Under the pieces are notes generated by a model. That model saw nothing but the letters and a program-made list of their open reading frames with translations. It was not told the DNA's origin and did no database searches. From contig BK006948.2 in NCBI GenBank assembly GCA_000146045.2, forward strand, positions 960,001 through 1,024,000: a DNA stretch of 64,000 bases, read 5' to 3'. The translations under genes and the position numbers were made by a program. This DNA is from TPA_inf: Saccharomyces. Its lineage: Eukaryota. Shown here in pieces: positions 60,222-64,000 of this stretch (positions are counted from its first letter, which is position 1; the number at the start of each line of letters is the position of its first letter).

Positions 60222-63212
60222 CTAGTCGTTCTGGAAAAGTAGGTCATAATCGAAGAAATCAAGGCTACCAAAAATATCGGGAACATCCATGGATATGTCC
60301 AAAGAAGACATGGGAGGGTCATAGTAGTTTTTAAAATTACTCGGTAACTTAACATTGTCATTGTTATTAATGTTCGAACCACTGTTATTGTAGTTATTGT
60401 TTATCGGCATAAAGTTTAGATTAGGAGCGGCACGGTTACTTTCACTCGAACCAATTGACGGAGGCATGTTTTCCTCATTATTTTGGTTACTAATATTGTG
60501 TGCTAAGCTATAAGTGGAGGCATTACCAACATTTGTAGGGTCATTTGAGCTGCTGTACGGTGGTACACTCTCATTTTCCACGCTGGAGTTGAGTAAAAGT
60601 TCAATTGTGGGTGTATTATCTTTCATGTTTGGTTTTGATGGATTCAGAGAATTTTGTGGGTCAGCAACACCGATGTTTTTTATTCTGTCAAATTCTTTGA
60701 TGATTTGGTATAATTGATCAAGGGTAAAGTTAACAGTGAGATTTTTGCCCTTTAGTCTATCAATTAAATGGTCAGACTTGTCCAAGTTAATTCCAAGTGT
60801 CAACTCCAACATTGTGGCAATTTTTTTGGTAGTCAAGTCTTTGTCTACTTTGACAAACAAACCAGAAAATAATTGACCTTTCCTCAGCCTTTGAATGAAT
60901 ACGTCAAACAAGGTCAACATCTTGAAAATGTAGAAATATTTAAATCTCAGGTTTTGGGACGCAAGTAAATATACTTCCAACAAAAGCCTCTCGAAGTTCT
61001 CCTTGATAGTGTCCAATGACTTTATTTTCTCCTTTATTTCTGGGAGGTCACTAATGTCACCTCTGGCATTGCATTCGTTACATTTGACCAGAAGCATATT
61101 TTTGGCCAGCTCTACCCGCATGATGATGACCAAAAGGGTAAACATCGTGGTAGGAACAGCCAATTGAATAACTTTTGTAGTGATGAAACAAACTAAAGAA
61201 GAAAGAACTTTCTCGTAACTGCCATTGAAATACAGGAAAAAAAATCTGATTAGGGAAATGGTGTCGGCACAACATTGAAAAAAATACTTATAGAAGAAGG
61301 ATAAGCATTCGCTTCTCTCCATTGCAAGTGTTTCAAAATATAACATCAGCGCTATTGAGGCCCTTAACATCATTAATTTACCCAAGATCTGGCCCGATAA
61401 ACTTATAGAATTCAAAATTGAATTGAACGTTAGTTTTTGAAATGTCTTCTCTTCGTCGTAGATGTTAATATCCACACTTCTTAGCTGAAATTTGTTTTTT
61501 AAAAGTTCATTGGCTTTAACGCGTAAAGTTTCTAGTGTATCCATTGGAACCGAACCACTGTATGAAATGGTTATATTATTCAAATCAGACAAGAATAATG
61601 CTAATTGAGCCCTATGGAAAAAAATCTCATGGATTTCGAGCAGTTGCTCATCCGATTCGGAACCTGTTAGATCCTTCTTAACCCTTTTTTTATAGATTTC
61701 TACACAATTGGGATCCCGAACGTCAATGAAAAGATCAATCATTGAAAGGGGTGAGACCAATAGTCTACCCTTCAGGCTTGACTCCAGAGTTGCCATAGAG
61801 ATAATTGATAGCCACTGTATCCTTCGTAAATTTAGCAGCCTTTTGTCTGAAGCTTCGGGGTGGTTCAAGGCTGGAAAGTCAGATGGGTCACGATGTAATC
61901 CGATAGACGTCCCTATTAGTATGACAAGGTTAATTATAACATCCGACGGTTGTTCTAACAGAAAATCACCCTCAGTTGGGGAAAAAACAAATGCACACCA
62001 GATATAGAGTAAGCATGAAATGGTATTTTCATTTGCACAAGCACACCAATTTTCCGATGCAAGTATCTGCTGCGCTAGGAAAATTACTTCGCTTTGAATC
62101 GGATATTGCTCTAGCATCTCTTTGGTAATATACGGACTGTAATCTTCAATCTTATCTTCTATAAATGTCAAAGAGATATACGCGATCCTCAAAATTAACA
62201 GTAAGATACACAGATTCTCCATTTTATTTCGTATAAGGGTTGTGCCCATCGATAGTCGTACCTCTCCTAATTCATTATACTGTACTGTTGTGTGAATTGA
62301 TTCCTCCAACATTTCCTTGCTGGCGAAAGGGATTAGGTGGAAAATATGCTCAAAGAAATGAGAGAGGTACTGTTCAATGATTGCCTTGGGAGGGAGCGTT
62401 TTCTCGATTTCATTGATGTAGCCTTTCAACAAATCAGAATAGTCGTTTTCGGTGGGGCATGTATCCTCTAAATATGACGATTCCCTGTTACTGTATAATA
62501 AAGAAATTACTTTATTTACCGCAATCTGTTCTTCAGGGTTCTTTCTCTGTAGTAGCCTGTCCGTAAACTCGTTAATGGATTTTCTTTGTGATTCGTATTT
62601 TGAGTTTTTCAATAGAACCTCTCTCATTTTTACAACGTTATTCTTTACGCATGGCTGTGTCCTCGACCTACTAATATCTGCATTTAAAGCAGGAATCATG
62701 GAGTTTCTGGAACAACTTAGAAGCACGGAGGCAATTAATGTCTTCAGAAAGGTATCTTGAAATATTAAGTACTTCTCAGATAAAGGGTTGATTTCTCTTT
62801 TCATCACTTTGGTCATAATCAATCTGGGATGAGTCTTATAAAGACTTATTGGAAAGCTATTTTCCTGCAAGCTTTTACATGTCCTTCTAGCAGCTAATTC
62901 TTCAGTCGGCCTTTTCAATGCAGTGTAGAAGTCTTTCTTTTCTTGAGTCAAATCCACGGTTTTATTTCTCCAGTAACGAATCTCCTTTTTCAGTCTCGCT
63001 ATGGTGGCATCCTTATTCGGATTCCTAGGGGCCGCCTGTCTGGCGACATCATATATACAAAAGAGGTTTTGTTTAGTACATCTGCCACATCTAGGTTTTT
63101 CCTGGTCACACTTCGTCTTTGCTTTTCTACAAGCTTGGCAAACAAAAGAAAGTCTATTCCTTTTTTTACCTACTCTATTCATTGCCGGTGATGATTCGTC
63201 TGTAAAGTACAT
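60222..63212 (-). CDS. PIP2: Zn2Cys6 oleate-responsive transcription factor Pip2, 996 aa
   Basis: N-terminal Zn(II)2Cys6 cluster CQACRKAKTKCDQEKPRCGRCTKQNLFC. Fungal middle-homology region. Length matches Pip2. Confidence 0.92.
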   Translation of the reverse strand: MYFTDESSPAMNRVGKKRNRLSFVCQACRKAKTKCDQEKPRCGRCTKQNLFCIYDVARQAAPRNPNKDATIARLKKEIRYWRNKTVDLTQEKKDFYTALKRPTEELAARRTCKSLQENSFPISLYKTHPRLIMTKVMKREINPLSEKYLIFQDTFLKTLIASVLLSCSRNSMIPALNADISRSRTQPCVKNNVVKMREVLLKNSKYESQRKSINEFTDRLLQRKNPEEQIAVNKVISLLYSNRESSYLEDTCPTENDYSDLLKGYINEIEKTLPPKAIIEQYLSHFFEHIFHLIPFASKEMLEESIHTTVQYNELGEVRLSMGTTLIRNKMENLCILLLILRIAYISLTFIEDKIEDYSPYITKEMLEQYPIQSEVIFLAQQILASENWCACANENTISCLLYIWCAFVFSPTEGDFLLEQPSDVIINLVILIGTSIGLHRDPSDFPALNHPEASDKRLLNLRRIQWLSIISMATLESSLKGRLLVSPLSMIDLFIDVRDPNCVEIYKKRVKKDLTGSESDEQLLEIHEIFFHRAQLALFLSDLNNITISYSGSVPMDTLETLRVKANELLKNKFQLRSVDINIYDEEKTFQKLTFNSILNSISLSGQILGKLMMLRASIALMLYFETLAMERSECLSFFYKYFFQCCADTISLIRFFFLYFNGSYEKVLSSLVCFITTKVIQLAVPTTMFTLLVIIMRVELAKNMLLVKCNECNARGDISDLPEIKEKIKSLDTIKENFERLLLEVYLLASQNLRFKYFYIFKMLTLFDVFIQRLRKGQLFSGLFVKVDKDLTTKKIATMLELTLGINLDKSDHLIDRLKGKNLTVNFTLDQLYQIIKEFDRIKNIGVADPQNSLNPSKPNMKDNTPTIELLLNSSVENESVPPYSSSNDPTNVGNASTYSLAHNISNQNNEENMPPSIGSSESNRAAPNLNFMPINNNYNNSGSNINNNDNVKLPSNFKNYYDPPMSSLDISMDVPDIFGSLDFFDYDLLFQND

Positions 63213-63347
63213 CTTTTATCGAAGAAATTTTGTTCAGCAAGATCAGAAAGTGATATTTCATCCGCTCTATACGTTTCAGTAGATTTTCTTTATCTGACCT
63301 CTATTAAGTCCTAACAACGCTTTATGTTTTCTTCGTTGGAGATACTC

Positions 63348-63368
63348 CGGAGATTATATTTAGTTCCG
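63348..63368. promoter_or_regulatory. Oleate response element (ORE) CGG-N3-TNA-N9-CCG about 140 bp upstream of PIP2
   Basis: cggagattatatttagttccg fits the Oaf1/Pip2 ORE consensus CGGN3TNAN9-12CCG exactly. Confidence 0.6.
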
Positions 63369-63460
63369 AGATGGTCTTACAACCTTTCAAATTCCAAAAT
63401 CAGAAGAAATTTTGCAGGAAGGCAAATCCTACCGGACGTATTAGTCACGATTTTATTTAT

Positions 63461-64000
63461 TCACATATACAGATATTCACAGTTCGAATTTTGTTTACAA
63501 AGGTCAATCTTATTGATCTGCGGCTTTTGAATACCGTTGCATTCAAGAACGGCTTTCTTCATTTCGTGCAGTTCCGGGACCGATTCGTAAACCGCATCAT
63601 CATCCATTTCACCCTTCAAAAAGGATCGTCTTTGATCATCAATAGGTTTGTATCTTGTATCAGGGTGTTTGTAGTATATTGCCATCGTAAAGCATATCAA
63701 TATGAAAATGAAGAGATACAAAGAAAACGCTGCATTTAGAAAAAAGAAAATTAGTCCCATAAAAGAAGACACAGCTATGGGCTGCTGAAATAAGTTACTG
63801 AAAAATAAGAAAAAAAATGCGTTCACTAAATTCAGTGAATGGATACTAATATTGAAGAAGTTGGTTGTTTTATCCATGTAAGGTTGCATCCAGCACAAAA
63901 GGATGAGATAGATAGCTTCATTCAAAAAGATACCAATAGATTGAGATTTTCCGTGCGCTTGTAGAGAACCCACTAGTATAGACCTAATAAGCATGTGTGC
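63461..64000 (-). CDS. C-terminal part of a multi-pass membrane protein (YOR365C, FLC/TRP-like family); the 5' end lies beyond the right window edge
   Basis: Minus-strand ORF open to the window edge. Hydrophobic segments ([27 protein letters not shown]). Follows PIP2 as YOR365C does on chromosome XV. Confidence 0.6.

Noticed and set aside
63371-63739. 122-aa plus-strand ORF overlapping the YOR365C C-terminus
   Set aside because: Antisense to a membrane-protein coding region, with no motif. Probably spurious (the YOR364W position).

Overview
This window reads as a gene-dense stretch of the right arm of Saccharomyces cerevisiae chromosome XV, roughly YOR340C to YOR365C, with about 38% GC and no prokaryotic-style operons. 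Gene identities come from recalled protein sequences and motifs, not from any database search. Left to right it contains: the N-terminal end of RPA43 (minus strand, truncated by the window edge); RPA190; YOR342C; a tRNA-associated Ty hotspot; then TYE7, REV1, PYK2, PUT4, CIN1, MNE1, MEK1, TFB6, SOG2, MSC6, GDS1, CIR2, SNX3, HAP5, VTS1, PDE2, PRT1, PRE10, PIP2 and the C-terminal part of YOR365C (truncated at the right edge). The hotspot holds a diverged Ty3 sigma LTR that was split by later insertions, including an apparently intact and young Ty2 with TYA/TYB, a +1 frameshift site and a CAGTC target-site duplication; the sigma remnant ends 17 bp before an elongator tRNA-Met, and further right a diverged solo LTR and a solo delta with a GTTCT duplication precede an intron-containing tRNA-Pro(UGG). 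The ORF track extends several genes (YOR342C, PYK2, MEK1, MSC6, HAP5, VTS1, PRT1, TFB6) by an in-frame upstream ATG; I report the shorter coordinates that match the known protein lengths. I found no gene cluster that looks like a novel system. The least-explained DNA is the unclassified LTR-like debris, two GC-rich ORF-free islands (about 7.95-8.6 kb and 18.5-19.8 kb) and a GC-rich block in the PUT4/CIN1 intergenic region; classic promoter motifs (URS1 at MEK1, PACE at PRE10, ORE at PIP2, RRPE-like at RPA43/RPA190) are directly visible.
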